Shown: positions 20,300-28,628 of the stretch, piece by piece
Layout: every line of letters starts with the position of its first letter
Position numbering within the stretch: the first letter of the stretch is position 1
Assembly (NCBI GenBank): GCA_035400585.1
Contig: DAOMZR010000002.1
Coordinates: 15,364 to 79,363, forward strand
DNA: 64,000 nt
Direction: 5' to 3'
From: a bacterium
GTDB lineage: Bacteria; Patescibacteriota; Patescibacteriia; Patescibacteriales; UBA12465
Notes under the pieces: generated by a model
Told to the model about the DNA's origin: nothing
Databases searched by the model: none
The model's input: the letters and a program-made list of their open reading frames with translations, nothing else
Translations under genes and position numbers: made by a program

Positions 20300-20370
20300 A
20301 AGCTCAATAAGAGTAAAACCTTTTTTCTTGTTTTCATAAATTCTTATTTTTACTAATAATTTTTTTGCTA

Positions 20371-20399
20371 ATTATAATACACTTTTTAAAAAAACTCAA
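20371..20399 (-). promoter_or_regulatory. Candidate promoter for the pilin-DUF1566 gene
   Basis: Minus-strand TTGAGT (20399-20394) - 17 nt - TATAAT (20376-20371), ~35 nt upstream of the ATG at 20337. Confidence 0.4.
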
Positions 20400-20422
20400 T
20401 TGATACAACAGAAAAATTGAGT
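20387..20422 (-). terminator. Terminator of the GT2 gene 20442-21299
   Basis: Minus strand: actcaatt-13 nt loop-aattgagt followed by TTTTTTT. Confidence 0.55.
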
Positions 20423-20441
20423 GATTGAATAATATTAAACT

Positions 20442-21299
20442 TTATTTTCTATCTCTAGAAAAAAGTAAAGTAAAAAACATTCCGATTAACCAAAATATTT
20501 TCAATAAAAAATACTGCCATCTTGGTTGCCATTTTTTAAAATATTTTAACATTGAATCTCTAAAAAGTTTTTGGGCTTTTTTTCTTTTCAATAAAGAAAA
20601 ACTTTGCCCAACATAGTCCAAACATTCAGCCTGAGAATTGTACCAAACCTCCCCTCCTAATTGATAAATTTGTTTACAAAAATCGACCTCTTCAAACCAA
20701 ACAAAATATCTTTCATCCAGCAAAGGAAGATCTTGTCCGTTCAATTCTTTAAATTTATTTTTATTAATCACAAAAAAAGAACCACGCACCGAGTCAACTT
20801 TCTGGCTTTGATCATAATTAAAATTAGATACCAAATACTTATCCAAAATTTTTGGAAAAACGTGAGGAATCTTTAAAATTATCATTAATTGATCAAAAAA
20901 CTTTGGAAAACGACGAACATGTCTAATGATGTTATTTTTTTCATCTACTAATTTACAACTAGACACAATGGCCTGAGAATTATTTTTGGCAAAATTTAAA
21001 GATTTTTCCAGAGTCTCAGCAAAGACTTGCATATCAGGGTTTAAAAGCAAAATAAAATCACCTCGAGATTGTTTAATGGCAATATTGTTTGCTCTAGAAA
21101 AGCCTAAGTTGTCTTCATTTTTAATTAATTTAACTTGAGGAAAATTCTTTTCCACCATTTCGGCTGAACCATCTTGAGAATTGTTATCAACTACAAAAAC
21201 TTCAAAAGAAAAATTACCCCGTGATTTAAACAGAGCTTGTAAATTATTATTTAATTTTTCCTTAACATTATAAGAAACTATAATTATTGATAAATCCAT
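20442..21299 (-). CDS. Family 2 glycosyltransferase
   Basis: LSIIIVSYNV, VDNNSQDGS, NLGFSRANN, FVWFEEVDFC. Confidence 0.85.
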   Translation of the reverse strand: MDLSIIIVSYNVKEKLNNNLQALFKSRGNFSFEVFVVDNNSQDGSAEMVEKNFPQVKLIKNEDNLGFSRANNIAIKQSRGDFILLLNPDMQVFAETLEKSLNFAKNNSQAIVSSCKLVDEKNNIIRHVRRFPKFFDQLMIILKIPHVFPKILDKYLVSNFNYDQSQKVDSVRGSFFVINKNKFKELNGQDLPLLDERYFVWFEEVDFCKQIYQLGGEVWYNSQAECLDYVGQSFSLLKRKKAQKLFRDSMLKYFKKWQPRWQYFLLKIFWLIGMFFTLLFSRDRK

Positions 21300-21305
21300 G
21301 TCGTT

Positions 21306-21593
21306 TTATATTTTTATCTTAATTAATTTAATTCTAGAACTAGCCCCGGAAATTATAGAAATATATTTTTCTAATATTTTAAATTCTTTAGCTAAAAATT
21401 TCATCAATTCTTGATTGGCCTTATTTTTTTCAGCTTGAGCTTTAATATTAATAATTAAAGTTTCAACATTTTTATTTTCTATATTATCAATTTTTATTTC
21501 TTTAACTTTAGTTTTACTAGAATTAGGAAAAACTTTTATTCTTAAATAAATTTCTTTTTTATTTTTTAATTCTTCAATATATTTTTCCAACAT
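21306..21593 (-). CDS. DUF167 (YggU-like) family protein
   Basis: LRIKVFPNSSKTKV...KANQELMKFLAKEF...ISIISGASSRIKLIKI matches the YggU pattern (V.P.a.k ... AN..l..fLa ... G..sr.K). Confidence 0.7.
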   Translation of the reverse strand: MLEKYIEELKNKKEIYLRIKVFPNSSKTKVKEIKIDNIENKNVETLIINIKAQAEKNKANQELMKFLAKEFKILEKYISIISGASSRIKLIKIKI

Positions 21594-21596
21594 AAG

Positions 21597-22835
21597 TTAT
21601 TTTTGAGCAAACATAATTGTGTTAGGAATATTTCTGCCCGGACCATACATATATTCATCGTGATAAAATAAGGCAGCGGAATATCCACCATCTAAATTTA
21701 TAGCGTAATCCATTTGCATAATCTTTAAAATCTCAGCCAAATCGGAAACTGTAGCACTGCGAGCAACAATTAAATAAATAGACCCCTTGCTTCCAGAATC
21801 ACCTTCTTTATAGGCAATGGCGTTTCTAGTGGCCTTAACATATCTTTGTTTTTCATCAACCTCCCAATCAATCAACAAATTTTTACCGTCTTCAATCAAA
21901 CGTGGCTTATTGCCTATGGCCGCCTGTAGTTTGGTTTCATAAGTTTTTTCAAAATTTTCGACACTAGCGAAATCTCGACTGTCTTTAAAATAATAAAATT
22001 TATTATTTTGATCAAAGGCCATAATTGGGCCAGTGGTTGGATACTTTAGTTGATCACCATTAATAAAAATACCGGATCTGGAATTGTAAACAGGAAAAAA
22101 ATAATAATTTAATTTTTCAGCACTAGTATCGAAATAGGTTCCATTGATAGCTGCAAAAACCTTATCACCATCAATAAAATCAACCAATTCCTTGGCCTCA
22201 CATCTTCCAGTACAATTTAATTCATTGGCAGTATCGGTTATAATTTTTAAATCAGGGTTGTCTAAACTAATTTCAACAACATCCAAATAATAGCTTTCAT
22301 TGTCATATTCAATTTCAACTTTATGTTTATAAGAACTATATTCATCAATATTCTCATCTAAAATACTTTTATGAACATAAGCTAAATTTTTAAGACTAAT
22401 ACCAAGCCCCAACTCTCTCATAATTTTAAAAGCATCGTCCGGCCTCCCTAAATAATGTTTTTTATAGGTTAAAGGGTTTATATACCAAGCTTCACCATTT
22501 TTTTCAACTTGTAAAATAATTTGCCCAGCTAATCTTTTAGCAAATTCAATATCTCCCAAATACTCATCTCCAATTTCTTCTGAAGAATCAATTTTAGCAA
22601 AATCTGTTTCAGAAACACCTAGACCAAGTTCTCTCATTATTTCAAAGGCGTTATTTGGTCGACCCAAATAATATCTTTTATTGTTTTTAGGATAAACATA
22701 CCAAGCCTCGCCATTACGCTCTACATCTATCAAAATTCTACCGGACAATCTCTCTCCTAAAGTTTGAGCGTTAACGCTATTTCCTAAAAAACTTAATACA
22801 AACAAAACAATGAAGAAATATAAGCATTTTTTCAT
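21597..22835 (-). CDS. Secreted phosphodiester glycosidase (NAGPA/DUF2233-like) with two N-terminal ~65-aa repeats
   Basis: Signal peptide. Duplicated GRILIDVERNGEAWYVYPKNNKRYYLGRPNNAFEIMRELGLGVS / GQIILQVEKNGEAWYINPLTYKKHYLGRPDDAFKIMRELGLGIS. C-terminal AINLDGGYSAALFY typical of the family. Confidence 0.65.
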   Translation of the reverse strand: MKKCLYFFIVLFVLSFLGNSVNAQTLGERLSGRILIDVERNGEAWYVYPKNNKRYYLGRPNNAFEIMRELGLGVSETDFAKIDSSEEIGDEYLGDIEFAKRLAGQIILQVEKNGEAWYINPLTYKKHYLGRPDDAFKIMRELGLGISLKNLAYVHKSILDENIDEYSSYKHKVEIEYDNESYYLDVVEISLDNPDLKIITDTANELNCTGRCEAKELVDFIDGDKVFAAINGTYFDTSAEKLNYYFFPVYNSRSGIFINGDQLKYPTTGPIMAFDQNNKFYYFKDSRDFASVENFEKTYETKLQAAIGNKPRLIEDGKNLLIDWEVDEKQRYVKATRNAIAYKEGDSGSKGSIYLIVARSATVSDLAEILKIMQMDYAINLDGGYSAALFYHDEYMYGPGRNIPNTIMFAQK

Positions 22836-22956
22836 AAAAAATTATATAATATTTGTATAATTATTATAACACTTTTAATTATTTTTGTCATTTTATTTAG
22901 CTTGATTTAAGGGTTTTATTTTGTTAAGATTTAAATATAATAATTAACACAAAAAT

Positions 22957-23769
22957 ATGAAACAATATCTAGATTTGCTAAGAGAGGTAATGGAAAATGG
23001 AGTTGATAGAGACGATAGAACTGGTGTAGGCACTAGAGGTGTTTTTGGCAGACAAGTGAGATTTGATTTGTCAAAAGGCTTTCCGCTAATGACAACTAAA
23101 AAAGTTCATTTAAAATCAATTATTTACGAATTATTGTGGTTTTTAAAAGGTGACACCAACATTAAATATTTAAACGATCACGGAGTAACCATTTGGGATG
23201 AGTGGGCTAATGAAAATGGCGACTTGGGTCCAATTTACGGAAAACAATGGACAGCTTGGGAAGGCAAAAACGGCGAAAAAATAAATCAAATTGCCGAAGC
23301 GGTTGATATGATAAAAAATAGCCCGGAGTCTCGTCGAATTATTGTTAGTGGCTGGAATGTAGCCGATTTAAAACAATTAATTTCCGGTAAAAAAACAGCC
23401 CCACCTCCATGTCACACTGTTTTTCAATTTTATGTATCTCAAGGAAAATTATCTTGCCAACTATACCAAAGAAGTGCTGATATTTTTTTAGGTGTTCCAT
23501 TTAACATTGCTTCTTACGCTCTGCTTACCATGATGATGGCTCAGGTTTGTGGTTTAAAACCAGGAGAATTTGTTCATACTTTTGGAGATTTACACATCTA
23601 CAAAAATCATTTTGAACAAGTAAAAGAACAATTATCACGAGAACCAAAAGAATTGCCGAAAATGATAATCAATCCAGACAAAAAAGATATTTTCTCTTTT
23701 GAATATGAAGATTTTACTTTGGAGGGATATGATCCACATCCAGGAATTAAAGCTCCAATAGCTATTTAA
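22957..23769 (+). CDS. thyA: Thymidylate synthase (ThyA type)
   Basis: [32 protein letters not shown], catalytic [31 protein letters not shown]-terminal [14 protein letters not shown]. Confidence 0.97.
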   Translation: MKQYLDLLREVMENGVDRDDRTGVGTRGVFGRQVRFDLSKGFPLMTTKKVHLKSIIYELLWFLKGDTNIKYLNDHGVTIWDEWANENGDLGPIYGKQWTAWEGKNGEKINQIAEAVDMIKNSPESRRIIVSGWNVADLKQLISGKKTAPPPCHTVFQFYVSQGKLSCQLYQRSADIFLGVPFNIASYALLTMMMAQVCGLKPGEFVHTFGDLHIYKNHFEQVKEQLSREPKELPKMIINPDKKDIFSFEYEDFTLEGYDPHPGIKAPIAI

Positions 23770-23770
23770 T

Positions 23771-24271
23771 ATGATACCAGTAACATTGATCATGGCCTCA
23801 AGCCTTGATGGCAAAATAGCTAAAAATAAAGATCATTTTGCCAACTGGACCAGCAAAGAAGATAAACAAGTTTTTATCCAAACTTCAAAAGATTTTGGAA
23901 TGATTATGATGGGCTACAACACTTTTAAAACTTTTCCTAAACCACTCAAAAACAGATTAAACGTTGTTTTCTCGGAAAACACAGAAGAAAACATAGATGG
24001 GGTGAAATGGGTAAAGGGAGAACCAGAAAAAGTGTTAGAAGAATTAGAAAAAATGGGCTTTAAAAAAGCTTTACTTGGTGGCGGAACAGGATTAAACACT
24101 CTCTTCTTGCAAAAAAAATTAATAAATGAAATAATACTAACTGTTGAACCGAAGATTTTTGGTTCTGGCTTATCATTATTTAACGATGATTTTGATATTA
24201 ACTTAGAGCTTTTGGAATTAAAAAAAATAAATGATAATTCCTACCTAGTTAGATATAAAGTTGTCTATTAG
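23771..24271 (+). CDS. Dihydrofolate reductase-like protein (RibD C-terminal domain family)
   Basis: ASSLDGKIA, GYNTFKTFPKPLKNRLNVVFS, LLGGGTGLN. Starts 2 nt after the thyA stop. Confidence 0.7.
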   Translation: MIPVTLIMASSLDGKIAKNKDHFANWTSKEDKQVFIQTSKDFGMIMMGYNTFKTFPKPLKNRLNVVFSENTEENIDGVKWVKGEPEKVLEELEKMGFKKALLGGGTGLNTLFLQKKLINEIILTVEPKIFGSGLSLFNDDFDINLELLELKKINDNSYLVRYKVVY

Positions 24272-24280
24272 AAATTATTT

Positions 24281-24835
24281 ATGCAAAAAATTGTCATTGG
24301 CCTAGTTGGTCAAATTGCCTGTGGTAAGGGCGTAGTTAAGAAGTATTTAATTAACACTAACAATGCTAGTGATTATCGTTTTTCAACAATTCTTAGAGAT
24401 GCTATGGGTAGGCTAAGTATTGAAACCAGCAGAGAAAATCTGCAAAAATTCTCAACTTTAATAAGACAAAATTTTGGCGAAGACATTTTAGCCAAAGCAA
24501 TTGCTCAAGACGCTAGAGACGACCAAAGTCAGTTTATTGTTATTGATGGAATTAGAAGAATGGCTGATATAAAATATTTAAAAGAATTGCCAGAATTCAG
24601 ATTGATTAGTATTTTTGCCGACAAAGACATTAGATTGCAAAGAGTGATTAATAGAAACGAAAATCCTGGCGATGATAAAAAGACCATGGAAGAATTTGAG
24701 AAAGAAGAAATGGCTGAAACAGAAGAGCAAATTCCAGAGGTTATGAGCCATGCTGATTTTAATATTATTAATAATGGTACCTGGGATGAATTACATAGTC
24801 AAATTGACAAAATAGTTGCTGAAATTAGAAAATAA
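24281..24835 (+). CDS. P-loop nucleotide/deoxynucleotide monophosphate kinase-like protein
   Basis: Walker A GLVGQIACGKG, VIDGIRRMADIKYLKE (dNMP-kinase/CoaE-like arrangement). Substrate cannot be told from sequence alone. Confidence 0.55.
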   Translation: MQKIVIGLVGQIACGKGVVKKYLINTNNASDYRFSTILRDAMGRLSIETSRENLQKFSTLIRQNFGEDILAKAIAQDARDDQSQFIVIDGIRRMADIKYLKELPEFRLISIFADKDIRLQRVINRNENPGDDKKTMEEFEKEEMAETEEQIPEVMSHADFNIINNGTWDELHSQIDKIVAEIRK

Positions 24836-24840
24836 ACAAA

Positions 24841-25170
24841 ATGGATTTCAAAAAATATCAAGAAGAATCTCAAAAAACAGCCAAATACCCAAATAAAGGC
24901 AATAATTATATTTACCCCGTTTTAGGTTTGGTAGGTGAATCAGGAGAGGTGGCTGAAAAAATAAAAAAAATAATCAGAGATGATAACGGTATAGTAAGCT
25001 CAGAAAAAAAAGAAGAAATTAAAAAGGAGTTGGGTGATGTTTTGTGGTATATATCGCAACTATCAACTGAATTTGGATTAGAGCTAGAAGACGTAGCTAA
25101 TACTAATTTAGAAAAACTGCTTTCACGCTTAGAAAGAGATAAGATTGGTGGGAGTGGTGATAATCGATAA
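24841..25170 (+). CDS. MazG-like nucleoside triphosphate pyrophosphohydrolase (single domain)
   Basis: GLVGESGEVAEKIKKIIRD ... ELGDVLWYISQLSTEFGLELEDVANTNLEKL (EEXXE/D metal motifs of all-alpha NTP-PPase). Confidence 0.8.
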   Translation: MDFKKYQEESQKTAKYPNKGNNYIYPVLGLVGESGEVAEKIKKIIRDDNGIVSSEKKEEIKKELGDVLWYISQLSTEFGLELEDVANTNLEKLLSRLERDKIGGSGDNR

Positions 25171-25175
25171 AAGAT

Positions 25176-25769
25176 ATGTCAATCAAAAAAGGTAAGTTAA
25201 TAGTTTTTTACGGAACCAATAACTTAGGCAAGAGCACTCAAGCTAAAATTTTGATTGAAAGATTAAAAGAAAAAAACATAGAAGCCGAATATCTAAAATA
25301 TCCGATATATGACTTAGCACCATCCGGACCAGTTTTAAATGATTATTTAAGAAACGGAAACCCATATAATTTAAGCGCTCGCGAAGCTCAGATAATTTAT
25401 TGTCTTAACAGAACTCAATATCAAAAAACTTTAGAGGAAAAATTAAATTCTGGCATAAATATTATTGCCGAAGATTATACTGGAACTGGAATTGCCTGGG
25501 GAATGGGCGCAGGGGTAGAACAAGAATTTTTAGAAAATATAAATAGTCATTTATTAAAAGAAGACATTGCTCTACTTTTTGATGGAGAAAGATTTAAAGA
25601 GGCAGTTGAAAAAAATCACAAACACGAACAGAATGATGAGTTTTCACAAAAAGTTAGAAAAATACATTTAGACTTGGGTAAAAAATATAATTGGGAAATG
25701 ATTAATGCTAATTTGACTATTGAGGAAATTTCCCATATCATCTTTGAGAAGATAATTAAGTCCCTGTAG
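25176..25769 (+). CDS. tmk: Thymidylate kinase-family protein
   Basis: P-loop IVFYGTNNLGKSTQAKIL, LID-less short form, context next to thyA. P-loop deviates from the classical GxDGxGKST. Confidence 0.65.
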   Translation: MSIKKGKLIVFYGTNNLGKSTQAKILIERLKEKNIEAEYLKYPIYDLAPSGPVLNDYLRNGNPYNLSAREAQIIYCLNRTQYQKTLEEKLNSGINIIAEDYTGTGIAWGMGAGVEQEFLENINSHLLKEDIALLFDGERFKEAVEKNHKHEQNDEFSQKVRKIHLDLGKKYNWEMINANLTIEEISHIIFEKIIKSL

Positions 25770-25831
25770 TTCAACGGATAGAACACAAGATTGCGGATCT
25801 TGTAATCTAGGTTCGATTCCTAGCGGGGACA
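25760..25831 (+). tRNA. tRNA-Arg (anticodon GCG), CCA not encoded; overlaps last 10 nt of tmk
   Basis: GTCCCTG-TA-GTTC-AACGGATA-GAAC-A-CAAGA-TTGCGGA-TCTTG-TAAT-CTAGG-TTCGATT-CCTAG-CGGGGAC-A. All four stems pair. Confidence 0.8.
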
Positions 25832-25879
25832 CACATTAGAATAAAGAATTCAAAAAGAACATTAACAAAAAAATGAAAA

Positions 25880-26233
25880 ATGAAAATAGAAAATAAACAA
25901 GTCGAAGATTATTTGTCTATCTTTAGTGATGGATCCGAAGAAGACATAAAAAATGCTGGAATATCTTTTAAAAAAATATTAGAAAAAAAAGAAGATAATC
26001 AAAAAATCATTGATTCTATAGAAAAAGAAGCTCTTACTAAAGAAGTATTAGCCAAAGAACTTTTAAAAAGAAGCATCGAAAGACACGAAGTTGCCATGGA
26101 GGAAAATAAAAATATAAAAGAAAAATTAATAAGAAATACTAAGAGAAATTTCTTAGAAAATGTCTTCCGAGGAGAAATCGACATTATTAACGACTTTTTA
26201 AAAGAAGCTGAAAAAATCAGAGAAAAAAAATAA
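25880..26233 (+). CDS. Hypothetical Lys/Glu-rich coiled-coil protein
   Basis: 117-aa ORF followed by a clean terminator. No recognisable motif. Confidence 0.5.
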   Translation: MKIENKQVEDYLSIFSDGSEEDIKNAGISFKKILEKKEDNQKIIDSIEKEALTKEVLAKELLKRSIERHEVAMEENKNIKEKLIRNTKRNFLENVFRGEIDIINDFLKEAEKIREKK

Positions 26234-26240
26234 TACCTTA

Positions 26241-26270
26241 AACCACTCAATAGAGTGGTTTTTATTTTTT
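26241..26270 (+). terminator. Rho-independent terminator
   Basis: aaccactc-aata-gagtggtt followed by tttttatttttt. Confidence 0.75.
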
Positions 26271-26295
26271 AATTAAAATCTGTTAATATTTATAT

Positions 26296-28413
26296 ATGAT
26301 TGATCTAAACCAAACAATCAAATCTCTTCCTAAAATAGGTGATAAAATAGAAAAAAAGTTAGAAAAAATAGGCATTAAAACTATTAATGACCTTATATTT
26401 TATTTTCCCTATCGTTATGAAAAATATGAGATTTGTGAAAATTTAAATAAAATAAAAGTAAACATTCCAATCAACATAAAAGTTAAAATTGATTTAATTC
26501 GTAACAAAAGAAGCCTGCGCAAAAGAATGACAATTACCGAAGCTATTGTTTCCGATGAACACGGAAGCTTAGAAGTGATTTGGTTTAATCAACCATTTCT
26601 AAGTAAAAATCTAAAAAACGGAGATCAAATATCTTTAGCCGGAAAAATAGTTGCTAGTAATGGTCGACTAATAATGAGCTCTCCTATTTATGAAAAAATT
26701 AACAAAAACGAAGAACCAATTCACACTCAAGGAATAGTACCAATCTACAATCTAACTTATGGATTAACTCAAAAACAATTACGCTTTTTCATAAAAAAAA
26801 TATCCCATAATTTTTCCAAAATAACAGAGTATTTGCCGAAAGAAACTCTAAAAAGACAAAATCTAATAAATATAAATGAATCCTTGCAAAAAATTCATTT
26901 TCCTCAAAAAGATCAAGACATAGAAACTGCCATAAATTATTTTAAATTTTTAGAATTGTTTTTATTCCAACTCAAATCATATTTTTTACAAAAAGATTTA
27001 GAAACAAAAAAAGCCAACAAACTAGAAATTAAAATAGAAAAAATAAAAGAATTTATATCAAACCTACCTTTTGAATTAACTGATGATCAAAAAAAATCTG
27101 CCTGGGAAATACTTCAAGAAACAAACTCAGATCAAACAATGTCTCGCTTGCTTCAAGGAGATGTTGGTAGTGGAAAAACAATAGTAGCTTTAATTGTCGT
27201 TTTAAACTGCTTATTAAACAACAAACAGGCTATTTTTATGGCTCCAACCGAGATTTTAGCCAATCAACATTACAATACTTCTCTAAAATTATTAGAAAAA
27301 TATAATTTTAAAATAGCCCTGCTTACATCTCAAAAGAAGGAAGCTAACTTTGAAATAAATTCTAAAAATAAAAAAGAAATTTCTCAAATAATTTGCCAAG
27401 AAGCTGATTTGGTAATTGGCACTCACTCACTAATTGGTGAAAATATTAAATTTAAAAACTTAAGCCTAACAATAGTTGACGAACAGCATCGTTTTGGCGT
27501 CAATCAAAGACAAGAAATTTTAAATAAAAATATTGATGATAAAAGAAATATAACAACTCCTCATTTTTTATCAATGACCGCCACCCCCATTCCCCGATCG
27601 CTTAGTTTGGTTTTGTTTAACGGCCTAAAATTGTCTAGTATCAAAACTAAACCTAAAAACAGATTAGATATTAAAACAGATATTGTTGGGCCGGAAAAAA
27701 AAATGGCCATGTATAAATTTATAGAAAAAGAAATTCTGAAGGGTCGCCAGGCTTTTATAATCTGTCCCCTAATAGAAGAATCGGAAAATAGCGAATCTAA
27801 ATCCGTCAAAGAAGAATATCAAAAAATAAAGAAAAATATTTTTCCAGAAATTGAGGTAGCTATGCTTCATGGCAAAATGAAGGCTATTGAAAAAGAAAAA
27901 ATAATGACTGATTTTTTAAACAATAAAATAAAAATAATAATATCTACTTCAGTAATTGAGGTTGGAATTGATGTGCCCAACGCCACTATTATGTTAATCG
28001 AAGGAGCTGAAAGGTTTGGATTAGCTCAACTTCATCAATTCAGAGGAAGGGTTGGCAGGGGCGAACATCAAAGTTATTGTTTCTTAAGCATTAGCGACAA
28101 TAAAAATGATACTTTGTTTTTTAGTAAAGATAAAAACAATGTAGGTATAAAAAGACTAGAAGCTTTAAAAAAATACCAAAATGGCCTTGATTTGGCTAAA
28201 ATTGATTTAAAAAACAGAGGAGGTGGTGATATTTATGGCAAAATTCAATCGGGCTTTATGAATTTTAAATTTGCTTCTATTTTTGACTATGAAACAATAA
28301 AAAAAGCCAGAGAAGAACTTGAAATTTTAACAAAAAACGATCCGGAATTTAAGAGGAACACTCTTTTATTAGAAAAAATAAAAAAGAACTTAAAAGAAGC
28401 CCACCTGGAATAA
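26296..28413 (+). CDS. recG: ATP-dependent DNA helicase RecG
   Basis: Wedge-domain N-terminus, LTDDQKKSAWEI, Walker A GDVGSGKT, DEQHRFGV, SMTATPIPRS, QLHQFRGRVGRG. Confidence 0.95.
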   Translation: MIDLNQTIKSLPKIGDKIEKKLEKIGIKTINDLIFYFPYRYEKYEICENLNKIKVNIPINIKVKIDLIRNKRSLRKRMTITEAIVSDEHGSLEVIWFNQPFLSKNLKNGDQISLAGKIVASNGRLIMSSPIYEKINKNEEPIHTQGIVPIYNLTYGLTQKQLRFFIKKISHNFSKITEYLPKETLKRQNLININESLQKIHFPQKDQDIETAINYFKFLELFLFQLKSYFLQKDLETKKANKLEIKIEKIKEFISNLPFELTDDQKKSAWEILQETNSDQTMSRLLQGDVGSGKTIVALIVVLNCLLNNKQAIFMAPTEILANQHYNTSLKLLEKYNFKIALLTSQKKEANFEINSKNKKEISQIICQEADLVIGTHSLIGENIKFKNLSLTIVDEQHRFGVNQRQEILNKNIDDKRNITTPHFLSMTATPIPRSLSLVLFNGLKLSSIKTKPKNRLDIKTDIVGPEKKMAMYKFIEKEILKGRQAFIICPLIEESENSESKSVKEEYQKIKKNIFPEIEVAMLHGKMKAIEKEKIMTDFLNNKIKIIISTSVIEVGIDVPNATIMLIEGAERFGLAQLHQFRGRVGRGEHQSYCFLSISDNKNDTLFFSKDKNNVGIKRLEALKKYQNGLDLAKIDLKNRGGGDIYGKIQSGFMNFKFASIFDYETIKKAREELEILTKNDPEFKRNTLLLEKIKKNLKEAHLE

Positions 28414-28489
28414 ATACATCCCCTCAGCTCAATAAGTAAGTACAACACTTTAATATAATCAAAGTGCATGAAATATAAACAACTAAACA

Positions 28490-28518
28490 TTGACTTTTGT
28501 AGAAAAATATGATATAAT
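28490..28518 (+). promoter_or_regulatory. Near-consensus sigma70 promoter
   Basis: TTGACT (28490-28495) - exactly 17 nt - TATAAT (28513-28518), ~110 nt upstream of the ATG at 28629. Confidence 0.6.
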
Positions 28519-28548
28519 ATATCAGTTAATTCGGTTCTTTAAAAATAT

Positions 28549-28605
28549 TTAATTTAACTATTTGCCAAGTTCATTTTAAGTGACTTTGGTAAATAGTTAA
28601 ATTAA
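28549..28605 (+). promoter_or_regulatory. Long 5'-UTR stem-loop (22/23-nt arms, 12-nt loop)
   Basis: ttaatttaactatttgccaagt ... actttggtaaatagttaaattaa: 15 perfect pairs, one G-U, one bulge. No following U-run, so not a terminator. Confidence 0.5.
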
Positions 28606-28628
28606 TTCAAACAAAAAAACCTTAAAAA

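Noticed and set aside
20425-20616. A 63-aa plus-strand ORF at the GT2 gene's 3' end, and 20661-20876 likewise.
   Set aside because: Both are antisense to a GT2 gene with clear motifs and have low-complexity translations.
28414-28489. A recG terminator in the spacer (cacttt-9 nt-aaagtg).
   Set aside because: It is only a 6-bp A/T-rich stem without a U-run, which is too weak to call.
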